From: Pristiophorus japonicus
Lineage: Eukaryota
Assembly (NCBI RefSeq): GCF_044704955.1
Contig: NC_091984.1
Span: 27,280,001-27,344,000, forward strand
DNA length: 64,000 nt
Direction: 5' to 3'
This document shows, piece after piece, positions 11,953 to 25,285 of this stretch. A program made the position numbers and the translations under genes. The notes beneath the pieces were generated by a model that worked only from the letters and a program-made list of their open reading frames with translations, made no database searches and was not told where the DNA came from. Each line of letters begins with the position of its first letter. The stretch's first letter is position 1.

Positions 11953-14290
11953 TTCTGGGTGAAGAAGTTTCTCCTCATCTCGGTCCTAAATGGCTTACCC
12001 CTTATCCTTAGACTGCAACCCCTGGTTCTGGACTTCCCCAACATTGGGAACACTCTTCCTGCATCTAACCTGTCTAAACCCGTCAGAATTTTAAACGTTT
12101 CTATGAGATCCCCTCTCATTCTTCTGAACTCCAGTGAATACAAGCCCAGTTGATCCAGTCTTTCTTGATATGTCAGTCCCGCCATCCCGGGAATCAGTCT
12201 GGTGAACCTTCGCTGCACTCCCTCAATAGCAAGAATGTCCTTCCTCAGGTTAGGAGAACAAAACTGTACACAATACTCCAGGTGTGGCCTCACCAAGGCC
12301 CTGTACAACTGTAGCAACACCTCCCTGCCCCTGTACTCAAATCCCCTCGCTATGAAGGCCAACATGCCATTTGCTTTCTTAACCGCCTGCTGCACCTGCA
12401 TGCCAACCTTCGATGACTGATGTACAATGACAACCAAGTCTCGTTGCACCTCTCCTTTTCCTAATCTGTCACCATTCAGATAATAGTCTGTCTCTCTTTT
12501 TACCACCAAAGTGGATAACCTCACATTTATCCACATTATACTTCATCTGCCATGCATTTGCCCACTCACCTAACCTATCCAAGTCACTGCAGCCTCATCG
12601 CATCCTCCTCGCAGCTCACATTGCCACCCAACTGAGTGTCATCCGCAAATTTGGAGATACTACATTTAATCTCCTCGTCTAAATCATTAATGTACAATGT
12701 AAACAGCTGGGGCCCCAGCACAGAACCTTGCGGTACCCCACTAATCACTGCCTGCCATTCTGAAAAGTACCCATTTACTCCTACTCTTTGCCTCCTGTCT
12801 GACAACTAGTTCTCAATCCATGTCAGCACACTACCCCCAATCCCATGTGCTTTAACTTTGCACATTAATCTCTTGTGTGAGACCTTGTCGAAAGCCTTCT
12901 GAAAGTCCAAATATACCACATCAACTGGTTCTCCCTTGTCCACTCTACTGGAAACATCCTCAAAAAATTCCAGAAGATTTGTCAAGCATGATTTCCCTTT
13001 CACAAATCCATGCTGACTTGGACCTATCATGTCACTTCTTTCCAAATGTGCTGCTATGACATCCTTAATAATTGATTCCATCATTTTACCCACTACTGAT
13101 GTCAGGCTGACCGGTCTATAATTCCCTGTTTTCTCTCTCCCTCCTTTTTTAAAAAGAGGGGTTACATTGGCTACCCTCCACTCGATAGGAACTGATCCAG
13201 AGTCTATGGAATGTTGGAAAATGACGGTCAATGCATCCGCTGTTTCCAAGGCCACCCCCTTAGGTACTCTGGGATGCAGTCCATCAGGCCCTGGGGATTT
13301 ATCGGCCTTCAATCCCATCAATTTCCCCAACACAATTTCCCGACTAATAAAGATTTCCCTCAGTTCCTCCTTCTTACTAGACCCTCTGACCCCTTTTATA
13401 TCCGGATGTTTGTGTCCTCCTTAGTGAATACCGAACCAAAGTACTTGTTCAATTGGTCTGCTATTTCTTTGTTCCCCGTTATGACTTCCCCTGATTCTGA
13501 CTGCAGGGGACCTACATTTGTCTTTACTAACCTTTTTCTCTTTACATATCTATAGAAACTTTTGCAGTCCATCTTAATGTTCCCTGCAAGCTTCCTCTCG
13601 TACTCTATTTTCCCTGTCCTAATCAAACCCTTTGTCCTCCTCTGCTGAGTTCTAAATTTCTCCCAGTCCCCGGGTTCACTGCTATTTCTGGCCAATTTGT
13701 ATGCCACTTCCTTGGCTTTAATACTATCCCTGATTTCCCTTGATAGCCACGGTTGAGCCACCTTCCCTTTTTTATTTTTACGCCAGACGGGGATGTACAA
13801 TTGTTGTAGTTCATCCATGCGGTCTCTAAATGTCTGCCATTGCCCATCCACAGTCAACCCCTTAAGTATCATTCGCCAATCTATCCTAGCCAATTCACGC
13901 CTCATACCTTCAAAGTTACCCTTCTTTAAGTTCTGGACCATGGTCTCTGAATTAACTGTTTCATTCTCCATCCTAATGTATAATACCACCATATTATGGT
14001 CACTCTTCCCCAAGGGGCCTCGCTCAACAAGATTGCTAATTAATCCTCTCTCATTACACAACACCCAGTCTAAGATGGCCTCCCCCCTAGTTGGTTCCTC
14101 GACATATTGGTCTAGAAAACCATCCCTTATGCACTCCAGGAAATCCTCCTCCACCGTATTGCTTCCAGTTTGGTTAGCCCAATCTATATGCATATTAAAG
14201 TCACCCATTATAACTGCTGCACCTTTATTGCATGCACCACTAATTTCCTGTTTGATGCCCTCCCCAACATCACTACTACTGTTTGGAGGT
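11953..14290 (-). mobile_element. Young CR1 ORF2 (part of endonuclease plus RT), truncated at both ends
   Basis: Long ORFs 13396-14208, 12806-13333, 12584-12805 and 11953-12536 with MGDFN, SDH, QGSVLGP and FADD. Confidence 0.95.
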
Positions 14291-14714
14291 CATTGTTTCT
14301 GCTCCCAATACTTAACCAGTCATCCATTCTGGAAAATAAATGTGTGGCAGTCTGGTGAGAACAAATTGGACTGAGCTGTGATGCACCCCAAGTAAAAGTG
14401 GCCTATTGACATTTGTTGTCCGGGCTTTCAAATAAAGAACAGCAACTTGGGAGACACTGGAACAGAATTCAAATATGGGCCACTACTTTTATGAAAAGAG
14501 AGAGTGTAGAGAAAGAACATTTTGATGGGAGAATACAAATGTGTTACTCTTTTGACTTGCTTAAACTTCAGTCATTGTTACTTCTGCTCCAGTGATTTAA
14601 CACTCGAACTGTGTTTTGTTGAAAAAGTAAGACTTTTCTGTTCTTCAGGAATATTCTGCCAAAGTTGATGATTAGCACGGCAATTGGAACTACTTATTTT
14701 TATGTTTTATGTAG

Positions 14715-14811
14715 AGCTGAACAACAAAGAAACGAAGCCCTCTTTAATGCTGAGGAACTTTCTGCGACTTTCAAACGGTACAAGGAAAAGACTACAGAAA
14801 AAATGACAATG
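14715..14811 (+). CDS. CCDC18: CCDC18 internal coding exon B
   Basis: gtag|...ATG|gtgagg; encodes [32 protein letters not shown], matching my recollection of human CCDC18 [32 protein letters not shown]. Confidence 0.92.
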
Positions 14812-14897
14812 GTGAGGCAGGATGTACATTAGTTGTTCAGTGTAAGTATAACATATGCAGAAATGTTTGATCTGTTATTTTATCTTTTGTATTATAG

Positions 14898-15019
14898 TTT
14901 CGAGCTGAGGAAGAGGATTGGCACAACAGGTTGGATCACTATGATAAGGACAGAGCAGAGTTATTCGAGAAACGTACTAATTTAGAAAAAGAATTGGAAC
15001 ACAAGAATGAGGAAATCAG
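14898..15019 (+). CDS. CCDC18: CCDC18 internal coding exon C
   Basis: tatag|TTTCGA...ATCAG|gttaac; encodes FRAEEEDWHNRLDHYDKDRAELFEKRTNLEKELEHKNEEIR; follows an 86-bp intron; phase 0-2. Confidence 0.88.
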
Positions 15020-16890
15020 GTTAACTCTTAATCATTCTAAAATTACTTTCCTAGATTGTATTTACGGTGTATTTATCTATTGAGTTAGCTGATTAATTGC
15101 ACATGTACTTTTGAGCCAGAGTTAACTTTCTTTTTAAATTTAAAAAAAAAACTGATGCAATTTTCTACAATAAAATGCAGATGAGTACTCCTATATAATA
15201 GAGGTTCATATTCGCCTTTCCCTGATCAAGCAATCTCTTGCTAGACATTTAAAGTCATAATTGTCCAAATTCTTGACTTTAGTGGAGCTCCCTGCCAGAA
15301 AAAGGGACAAAGGTGGTATTTATCCATTGCTAGCCGTTGGCTATTGAGAAAGGGTCACAATGATATCACTGTCTCAAATTATGCTACCATTTTTGTGTTT
15401 GTGCCCACTGAAACCGATTTACATCGATATCAAAATGGTAGTACTGTGTAACTGCAGACAAAGTGTAAATTATATCTAATAAAGATTTTTTTAATATAGT
15501 TGTGGAATTTGTTTTGGGATTTTATTTCAATGTTCAGTCTAGCAAAAGTAGATTTCATTATGCATAAGTTGACAGTCCATGCTGTGTCATGTGGAACTTA
15601 AATGTTGCAATGCGAGACACTAAATCTTGATTAGCTAAGTTTAAAATATATCGTGGGAGGTGATCTTTTGACTTCCAAAATTATATTTCCGCAGATCTCT
15701 CGTCACTTCGTATCAAATAATAACATGGTCTTCGATGATGCTTGCAATATTCTGATTTGGTTCATATATATTGAGTTGAATCATTTGGAATTATTACATT
15801 GTATTGAAAATTTGATTATGACTCTGACGTGATTGATGTCCCGTCTTCACACTGATGGTCACCATTGTCCATATACTCAGAATCATAGAATGGTTACTGT
15901 ACAGAAGGAGGCCATTCGGCTCGTCGAGCCCATGCTAGCTCTCTGCAAGAGCACTTCAGCTTTTCCCACTCCCCTGCCCTTTCCCTGTAGTCCTGCAATT
16001 GTTTCCTTCAGGTACTTATTGAAAGCCTTGATTGAATCTGTCGCCACCATCCTTTCAGGCAATGCATTACAGATCATAACCACTCGATGCGTAGAAAAGC
16101 TTTTCCTCATGTTGCCTTTGGTTCTTCTGCCAGTCACCTTAAATCTGTGTCCTCTGGTTCTCGACCCTTCTGCCAATGGGAACAGTTGCTCTCTATCTGC
16201 ACTTCTCATGATTTTGAACATATCTATCAAATCTCCTCTCAACCTTCTCAGCGCTAAGGAGAACAACCCGAGCTTCTCCAGTCTATCCACATAATTGAAG
16301 TCCTTCATCCCTGGAACCATTCTTGTAAATATTTTCTGCACCCTCTTCACATCCTTCCTAAAGTGCCCAGAATTGGATGCAAACCAGTGTTTTATAAAGG
16401 TTCATCATAACTTCCTTGCTTTTGTACTCTATGCCTCTTGTTATGAAGCCCACGATCCCATATGCTTTTTTTAACTGCTTTCTCAACCAGCCCTGCCACT
16501 TTCAACAATTTGTGCACATGTACCCCCAAGTCTCTCTGTTCATGCACCCACTTTAGAATTGTAGCCTTTAGTTTATATTGTCTCTCCTATTACTATCCTC
16601 CACACTGTTCACTACCAAGTTTTGTGTCATATGCAAATTTCAAAATTGTGCCCTGTACACCCAAGTCCAAGTCATTAATATGGATCGAGAAAAGCAGTGG
16701 TATTCCTGCTGGGGAACACCACTGTTTACCTTCCTCCAGTAAAAAAAACAACCGTTCTCCACTGCTCTAACTTAGCCAATTTTGTATCCATACTGCCAAT
16801 GTCCCTTTTATTCCATGGACTTCAACTTTGCTGGCAAGCTTATTATGTGGCACTTTATCAAATGCCTTTTGGTCCATGTACACTACATCA

Positions 16891-17525
16891 TCAACAATAA
16901 CAACAACTTGTATTTATATAGCACCTTTAATGTAGTAAAGCATCCCAAAGGGCTTCACAGGAATGTTATAAGATAAAACAAATAAACTTGACACCAAGCC
17001 ACATATGAAGAAATTTATGGCAGATGACCAAAAGCTTGGTCAAAGAGGTAAGTATTAAGGAGCGTCATAAAGGACGAAAGGGAGGTAGAGAGGCGAAGAG
17101 GTTTAGGGAGGGAGTTCCAGAGTTTGGGGCACAGGCAGCTGAAGGCACGTCCACCAATGGTTGAGTAGTTATAATCAGGGATGCTCAAGAGTGCAGAATT
17201 TGAGGAGCGCAGACATTTCGGAGGCTGAAGGAGATTACAGCGATAGGGAGGGGCGAGGTTATGGAGGGATTTGTAAATAAGGATGAGAATTTCGAAATCG
17301 AGGCATTGCTTAACCGGGAGCCAATATAGGTCAGCGAGCACGGGTGATGGTTGAGCGGGACTTGTTGCGAGTTAGAATACGGATTGCCGAATTTTGGATG
17401 CCCTCAAGTTTATGTAGGGTAGAATGTGGGAGGCCAGCCAGGAGTGCGTTGGAGTAGTCAAGTCTAGAGGTAACAAAGGCATGGATGAGGGTTTCAACAG
17501 AAGATGAGCGGAGACAGGCAATGTT
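16891..17525 (-). mobile_element. L2 LINE 3' fragment inserted in CR1
   Basis: LADLYWLPVKQ...GGRAFSCLCPKLWNSLP...YLF (L2 C-terminus); tail gctatataaatacaagttgttgtt. Confidence 0.85.
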
Positions 17526-18174
17526 ACCGCATTGTTCTCATCAACCCTCTCTGTACCTCATCAAAAAAACTCAATCAAGTTAGTTAAACGCGATTTGCCT
17601 TTAACAAATCCGTGCTGACTTTCCTTAATTACTCCACACTTGTCCAAGTGACTGTTAAGTTTGTCCCGGATTATCATTTCTAAAAGCTTCCCCACTACCG
17701 AGGTTAAACTGACTGGCCTGTGGTTACTGGGTTTATCCTTGCACCCTTTATTGAACAAGGGTGTAATGTTTGCATTTCACCAGTCCTCTGGCATCACCCC
17801 CATATCTAAAGAGGATTGGAAGATTATGGCCAGTACCTCCGCAATTTCCACCTTTTACTTCCCTCAGCTTCCGAGGATACATCCCATCTGGTCCTGGTGA
17901 CTTACCTACTTTAAGTATAGCCAACCTTTCTAGTGCCTCCTCTTTATCAAAATTTAGCTCATCCAGTATCTCAACTACCTCTTTTACTATAACTTTGGCA
18001 GCATCTTCCTTGGTAATGACAAATACAAAGTACAGGTACAACGTCTGAACTTCGCCAACCTCGGGACTGAATCTATACCGGATTTTGGACCTCGCTATTG
18101 GCGCTCCTCGCCGCTCGCCGATTCTCACCACCTGCGGCCCCATGGCGCTACATTTTTACCGGTCTCCTTGAGGA

Positions 18175-19101
18175 ACAGTGGAGGACTTATAAGGAGCTCT
18201 TTCATAGTGTGCAACAAAAATATATTAGTGAAAAAGAAGAGTGGTAAGAGAAGGGATAACCAGCCGTGGATAACCAAGGAAATAAAGGAGAGTATCAAAT
18301 CAAAGACCAATGCGTATAAGGTGGCCAAGGTTAGTGGGAAACTAGAAGATTGGGAAAATTTTAAACAACAGCAAAGAATGCCTAAGAAAGCAATAAAGAA
18401 AGGAAAGATAGATTACAAAGGTAAACTTGCGCAAAACATAAAAACAGACAGTAAAAGCTTTTACAGATATATAAAACAGAAAAGAGTGACTAAAGTAAAT
18501 GTTGGTCCCCTAGAAGATGAGAAGGGGGATTTAATAATGGGAAATGTGGAAATGGCTGAGACTTTAAACAATTATTTTGCTTCGGTCTTCACAGTGGAAG
18601 ACACAAAAACCATGCCAAAAATTGCTGGTCATAGGAATGTGGGAAGGGAGGACCTTGAGACAATCACTATCACTAGGGGGGTAGTGCTGGACAGGCTAAT
18701 GGGACGCAAGGTAGACAAGTCCCCTGGTCCTGATGAAATGCATCCCAGGGTATTAAAAGAGATAGCGGAAGTTATAGCAGATGCATTCGTTATAATCTAC
18801 CAAAATTCTCTGGACTCTGGGGAGGTACCAGCGGATTGAAAAGCAGCTAATGTAACGCCTCTGTTTAAAAAAGGGGGCAGATAAAAGGCAGGTAACTATA
18901 GGCCGGTTAGTTTAACATCTGTAGTGGGGAAAATGCTTGAAACTATCATTAAGGAAGAAATAGCGGGACATCTAGGTAGGAATAGTGCAAACAAGCAGAC
19001 GCAGCATGGATTCATGAAGGGGAAATCATGTTTAACTAATTTACTGGAACTCTTTGAGGATATAATGAGCATGGTGGATAGAGGTATACCGATGGATGTG
19101 G
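18175..19101 (+). mobile_element. CR1 ORF2 middle fragment (a 3' piece in the same orientation lies at 21319-21596)
   Basis: ORF 18168-18839 QPWITKEIK...KSPGPDEMHPRVLKE and QHGFMKGKSCLTNL; ttcttatgttctt tail at about 21596. Confidence 0.85.
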
Positions 19102-21318
19102 TAGAAACATAACCGCCATTCAATGAGTTCATGGCTGAACATGCAACTTCAGTACCCCATTCCTGCTTTCTCGCAATACCCCTTGATCCCCCTAGTAGTA
19201 AGGACTTCATCTAACTCCTTTTTGAATATATTTAGTGAATTGGCCTCAACAACTTTCTGTGGTAGAGAATTCCACAGGTTCACCACTCTCTGGGTGAAGA
19301 AATTCCTCCTCATCTCGGTCCTAAATGGCTTACCCCTTATCCTTAGACTGTGTCCCCTGGTTCTGGACTTCCCCAACATTGGGAACATTCTTCCTGCATC
19401 TAACCTGTCTAACCCCGTCAGAATTTTAAACGTTTCTATGAGGTCCCCTCTCATTCTTCTGAACTCCAGTGAATACAAGCCCAGTTGATCCAGTCTTTCT
19501 TGATATGTCAGTCCCGCCATCCCGGGAATCAGTCTGGTGAACCTTCGCTGCACTCCCTCAATAGCAAGAATGTCCTTCCTCAGGTTAGGAGACCAAAACT
19601 GTACACAATACTCCAGGTGTGGCCTCACCAAGGCCCTGTACAACTGTAGCAACACCTCCCTGCCCCTGTACTCGAATTCCCTCGCTATGAAGGCCAACAT
19701 GCCATTTGCTTTCTTAACCGCCTGCTGTACCTGCATGCCAACCTTCAATGACTGATGTACCATGACACCCAGGTCTATTTGCACCTCCCCTTTTCCTAAT
19801 CTGTCACCATTCAGATAATAGTCTGTCTCTCTGTTTTTACCAGCAAAGTGGATAACCTCACATTTATCCACATTATACTTCATCTGCCATGCATTTGCCC
19901 ACTCACCTAACCTATCCAAGTCGCTCTGCAGCCTCATAGCATACTCCTCGCAGCTCACATTGCCACCCAACTTAGTGTCATCCGCAAATTTGGAGATACT
20001 ACATTTAATCCCCTCTAAATCATTAATGTACAGTGTAAACAGCTGGGGCCCCAGCACAGAACCTTGTGGTACCCCACTAGTCACTGCCTGCCATTCTGAA
20101 AAGTACCCATTTACTCCTACTCTTTGCTTCCAGTCTGACAACCAGTTCTCAATCCATGTCAGCACACTACCCCCAATCCCATGTGCTTTAACTTTGCATA
20201 TTAATCTCTTGTGTGGGACCTTGTCGAAAGCCTTCTGAAAGTCCAAATATACCACATCAACTGGTTCTCCCTTGTCCACTCTACTGGGAACATCCTCAAA
20301 AAATTCCAGAAGATTTGTCAAGCATGATTTCCCTTTCACAAATCCATGATGATTTGGACCTATCATGTCACCTCTTTCCAAATGCACTGCTATGACATCC
20401 TTAATAATTGATTCCATCATTTTACCCACTACCGATGTCAGGCTGACCGGGCTATAATTTCCTGTTATCTCTCCCTCCTTTTTTAAAAAGTGGGGTTACA
20501 TTGGCTACCCTCCACTCGATAGGAACTGATCCAGAGTCAATGGAATGTTGGAAAATGACTGTCAATGCATCCACTATTTCCAAGGCCACCTCCTTAAGTA
20601 CTCTCGGATGCAGTCCATCAGGCCCTGGGGATTTATCGGCCTTCAATCCCATCAATTTCCCCAACACAATTTCCCGACTAATAAGGATTTCCCTCAGTTC
20701 CTCCTCCTTACTCGACCCTCTGACCCCTTTTATATCCGGAAGGTTGTTTGTGTCCTCCTTAGTGAATACTGAACCAAAGTATTTGTTCAATTGGTCTGCC
20801 ATTTCTTTGTTCCCCGTTATGACTTCCCCTGGTTCTGACTGCAGGGGACCTACATTTGTCTTTACTAACCTTTTTCTCTTTACATATCTATAGATACTTT
20901 TGCAATCCGTCTTAATGTTCCCTGCAAGCTTCTTCTCGTACTCTATTTTCCCTGCCCTAATGAAACCCTTTGTCCTCCTCTGCTGAGTTCTAAATTTTTC
21001 CCAGTCCCCGGGTTCGCTGCTATTTCTGGCCAATTTGTATGCCACTTCCTTGGCTTTAATACTATCCCTGATTTCCCTTGATAGCCACGGTTTAGCCACC
21101 TTCCCTTTTTTATTTTTACGCCAGACAGGAATGTACAATTGTTGTAGTTCATCCATGCGGTCTCTAAATGTCTGCCATTGCCCATTCACAGTCAACCCCT
21201 TAAGTACCATTCGCCAATCTATCTTAGCCAATTCACGCCTCATACCTTCAAAGTTACCCTTCTTTAAGTTCTGGACCATGGTCTCTGAATTAACTGTTTC
21301 ATTCTCCATCCTAATGCA
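19102..21318 (-). mobile_element. Young CR1 ORF2 with an uninterrupted 426-aa RT/C-terminal frame
   Basis: ORFs 19149-20429 and 20452-21318 separated by one frameshift near 20465; nearly identical to 11953-13980. Confidence 0.95.
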
Positions 21319-23359
21319 CAGCCTCAAAATACGGGGGAGCCGAGTTGAGAAGGAATTTCTTCTCTGAGGGTTGTGAATCTGGAATTCTCTGCCCAAGGAA
21401 GCAGTTGAGGCTAGCTCATTGAATGTATTCAAGTCACAGATAGATATATTTTTAACCAATAAGGGAATTAAGGGTTACTGGGAGCGGGCGGGTAAGTGGA
21501 GCTGAGTCCACGGCCAGATCAGCCATGATCTTATTGAATGGCGGAGCAGGCTCGAGGGGGTAGATGGCCTACTCCTGTTCCTAATTCTTATGTTCTTGGG
21601 TCCCTCACCGCCTGATGTCGCTATCTTGGCCGCCTCAAAAATGTCCAGTTTTCGGAATTCCGGATTCGGGACGTTGTACCTATACTCATTTAGTCCCTCT
21701 GCCTCCATGCATAGGTCTCCATTTTGTTTCCTAATTGTCCCACCCCTCTTTCTACCCATTTACTATTTATATGTCTGTCGAAGACGTTTGGATTCCCTTT
21801 TACATTAGCTGCCAATCTGTTCTCGTACTCTCTCTTTGCCCCCCTTATTTCCTATTTCACTTCTCCTTTGAACTTTCAATATTCAGCCTGGTTCTCATTT
21901 GTCATACACCCCCTTTTTCTGCTTCATCTTACTCTTGATCTCTTTCATCATCCAGGGAACTCTGACTTTGGTTGTCCTACCTTCCCCCGCCGCAGGAATG
22001 TACCTTGACTATACCTGAACCATCTCCTCTTTAAAGGCAGCCAATTGTTCCACTCCAGTTTTGACTGCCAATCTTTGATTCCAATTTACCCGGGCCAGAT
22101 CCATTATCAACCCACTGAAATTGGTTTTCCTCCAATTAAGTATTTTTACTCTAGATTGCTCCGTGTCCTTTACCATCGATAGTCTAAACCTTATGATACT
22201 GTGATCACTGTTCCCTAACTGTTCCCCTACTGCCACTTGTTCCACTTGTCTCACCTCATTGCCCAGAACCAGATCCAGCAATGCCTCCTTGCTCGTTGGG
22301 CTGGAAACGTACTGATCAAGAAAGTTTTCCTGAACACAATTCAGAAATTCTTCCCCCTCTCTGCCCTTTACACTATTACTATCCCAGTCTATATTAGGAT
22401 AATTGAAGGCCCCCATTATCACTACTCTATAGTTCTTGCACCTCCCTGTAATTTCCCTGCACATTTGCTCCACTATATCCTTCCTACTAGTTGGTGGCCT
22501 ATAGAATATACCTAGTAGTGTAATGGCACCTCTATTGTTTCTTAACTCTAACCAAATAGATTCTCCCTTGACCCCTCCAGGACGTCCTCTCTCTCCAGCA
22601 CTGTAATATTCTCCTTAATCAATAGTGCCACCCCACCAACTTTCTTTCCTTCCCTATCTTTCTTGAACACCTTGTATTCAGGAATATTTAATACCCAATT
22701 CTGCCCTTTTTTGAGCCAGGTCACCGATATCGCCACATTCTTATGTGGCTATTTGCACTTGCAGCTCACCAACCTTATTTACTATGCTTTGTGGATTTAC
22801 ACAGATGCACTGTAAAACCTGTCTTAGACCACCTTGTTTTCTCTTAGTCTGACTCCACCTAATACCATACTATTTCTTACTCTAGTACTATCTGTCTCTC
22901 TCAATCCTTTGTGCACCTTGTTTCTCCTTTCTAATGCTGCATCCTGGTGCCCATCCCCCTGCCAAATTAATTTAAGCCCTCCCCAACAGCACTAGCAATC
23001 TCTTTCCCCCCCCCCCCCCCAGGATGATATTGATCCTGACACAGTTGAGGTGCAACCCATCTGGCCTGTACAGCTCCCACCTTCCCCAGAACCGGTCCCA
23101 ATGTCCCAGGAATCTAAAGCCCTCCCTCCAGCACCATCTCTCCAGCCATACATTCATCTGCTCTATCCTCCTTTATCTATACTCATTAGCTCATGGCACC
23201 GGGAGTAATCCGGAGATTACTACCTTTGACGTCCTATTTAATCTCTTTACTAGCTCTGTAAAATCCCTCTTTCTTCCCATGTTGTTGATACCGATATGGA
23301 CCACAACCTCTGGCTGTTCACCCTCTCTCCTCAATGTTCTGCAGCCACTCAGTGACCAC

Positions 23360-23990
23360 TTAACTGGACAAGCCACATAAATACTGTGGCTACTAGAGCA
23401 GGTCTGAGCCGAGGTATTCTGAGACGAGTGTCTCACCTCCTGACTTCCCCAAAGCCTTTCTAGGCATAATTCAGGAGTGATGGAATACTCTCCACTTGCC
23501 TGGATGAGTGCATTTCCAACAACGCCTCAAGAAGCTTGACACCATCCAGGACAAAGTAGCTTGCATGATTAGCACCCCATCCATCACTTTAAACATTCAC
23601 TCGCTCCACCACCGATGCACTGTGGCTGCAGTGTGTACCACCTACAAGATGTACTGCAGCAACTCGCCAAGGCTTCTCCGACAGAACCTCCAAAACCTGT
23701 GACCTCTACCACCTCGAAGGACAAGGGCAGCAGGCGCATGGAAACATCATCCCCTCCCAAGTTCCCCCCAAGTCGCACACCATTCTGACTTGGAATTATA
23801 TCGTCGTTCTTTCATCACTGGGTCAAAATCATGGAACTCCCTCCCTTACAGCACTGTGGGAGTACCTTCACCACACGGACTGCAGTGGTTCAAGGAGGCG
23901 GCTCACCACCCCCACCTTCTTCAGGGCAATTTGGGTTGGGTAATAAATGCTGGTCTTGCCAGCGAAGCCCACATCCCAGGAACAAATTTT
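23360..23990 (+). mobile_element. Divergent CR1-group LINE 3' fragment (MEYSPLAW/LKKLDTIQDK type)
   Basis: LKKLDTIQDKVA...SLHHRCTVAAVCT...GSKSWNSLP; related copies at 30525-31860 and 43752-44200. Confidence 0.75.
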
Positions 23991-24260
23991 TTAAAAAATG
24001 TGCAAATGTGCTAAATTAAATAGATAACCTGAACATTGCAAGCATTTCTGTCAAAAATGCATGAATTGCTTCCCCATTATTTTTCAGTTGTTTGATATAA
24101 CTGCACAGCACAGGAGCAATAAGGTTATTGTTAAACCATTAATGAATAAAAGTTGTTAAATGTGTATATAATACAAATAAGTGCATAATAGGTGCAGCAT
24201 GTCTAGTGAACAAATGGCATGTACACCAATAATCACTTTTATAATTTGTTTTATACATAG

Positions 24261-24567
24261 GTTATTAATGGGACAGTCTTGCGATGTAAAGGTGGTTCAA
24301 AAGGAGCTGGAGACTAAAAATGCAGGATTGTTTTCAATTTTGACGGAATCCAAAGAAAAGATTAAGATGTTAGAAAATGAACTAGCCGATAAAAAGACCA
24401 TTTTGAATGACCGAGATACCTTGAGGGTAGAGAATGCAGAACTAAGGTTACTTACAACTTGCCAAAATGACAAAATGCTTCAGTTCAATAAAGAGTTAGA
24501 GGTCACCAAATTGGAGATGAGGAACTTGGAGTCAATTATACAACTGCAACGGACAGGAAGTAAAGAG
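24261..24567 (+). CDS. CCDC18: CCDC18 internal coding exon D
   Basis: catag|G...AAAGAG|gtaagt; coiled coil LLMGQ...LTESKEKIKMLENELADK...ENAELRL...EMRNLESIIQL (inside ORF 24181-24774); phase 2-0. Confidence 0.9.
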
Positions 24568-24819
24568 GTAAGTTGGACATTAAATGTTGAAGTGTCAATG
24601 GGACACCAGACTTGTGTACACTGTTTTTCACATCGTGACATGTCTTTCCTTTTGTTCCCAATAAAGCCCAAATCCTTCCAAGACTTGAATAATGCTAACA
24701 TCTCACATGATGCGAGCTGTAGTCTGCTACGTGTCAGGTGGTTTCTTCCTGTTCAAGAACTTCTGGAATCTTAATTGCCAGATGTGCAAGATGTCTTGCT
24801 TTTCACATTTTGTTGTTTT

Positions 24820-25285
24820 GGTTCCTTGGCTCAGTGGTAGCATTCTTGCCTCTGAATCAGAAGGCCATAGGTTCAAGCCTTACTCCAGAGACTTTGAGCA
24901 TATCAACTGGGCTGACAATTCATTGCCGTGTGGACAGAGTGCTGCATTGTTGGAGGTGCCAACTTTTGGATCAGAAGTTAAATTGATGCCCTGCCTATCT
25001 TAATGAGTGGCCATAAAAGATCCCATGGCACTGTTCAAAGAAGAGCAGGTGTTCACCTGGTATCCTGTCCAACATTTATCCCTCAACCAACATCACTAAA
25101 ACAGATTATCTGGTCATTTATTTCATTTCTTTTTGTGGGACTTTGCTGTGTGTAAATAGTTCTGCCACCTTGCTGTGTGTACATAGTTCTGCCACCTTCT
25201 CTATATTATAATAGTGGTTACACTTTAAAAGTACTTCACTGGCTGTCAAGCGCTTTGGTGCAATATAAATGCAAATTTATTTTTT
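24820..25285 (+). mobile_element. tRNA-derived Deu-type SINE with L2-type tail
   Basis: A box tggctcagtggt (24827), B box ggttcaagcc (24870), tail gcgctttgg...atataaatgcaaat; internal 27-bp tandem duplication at 25143-25196. Confidence 0.75.

Larger units (their letters stand above)
18033..21682. mobile_element. Tc1/mariner(pogo)-type MITE (arms about 18033-18170 and 21597-21682), interrupted by CR1 copies
   Basis: TA|caggtacaacgtc ... gacgttgtaccta|TA; removing it restores the host CR1 sequence caaagTActcatt. Confidence 0.8.
15880..23355 (-). mobile_element. Old near full-length CR1 (segments about 15880-16890, 17526-18032, 21683-23355) hosting nested elements
   Basis: Collinear order: ORF1 esterase (DGLHLN, KVVISGLLPVP), endonuclease (NSDHSII), RT, then 3' tail at 15880. 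Confidence 0.85.

Noticed and set aside
13793-14374. Long + strand ORFs opposite LINE ORF2 (also 19123-20238, 26894-27349, 53538-54008)
   Set aside because: Antisense shadows of CR1/RTE coding sequence that recur in every copy.
19149-20429. Retron, group II intron or other novel RT system
   Set aside because: Standard CR1 ORF2 sequence with many paralogous copies in the window.
24181-24774. Stand-alone 197-aa gene
   Set aside because: Only 24261-24567 is exonic; the flanks are intron read-through past clear splice sites.
24820-24895. tRNA gene
   Set aside because: A and B boxes are present, but the sequence continues into a SINE body and tail and has no clean cloverleaf or terminator.
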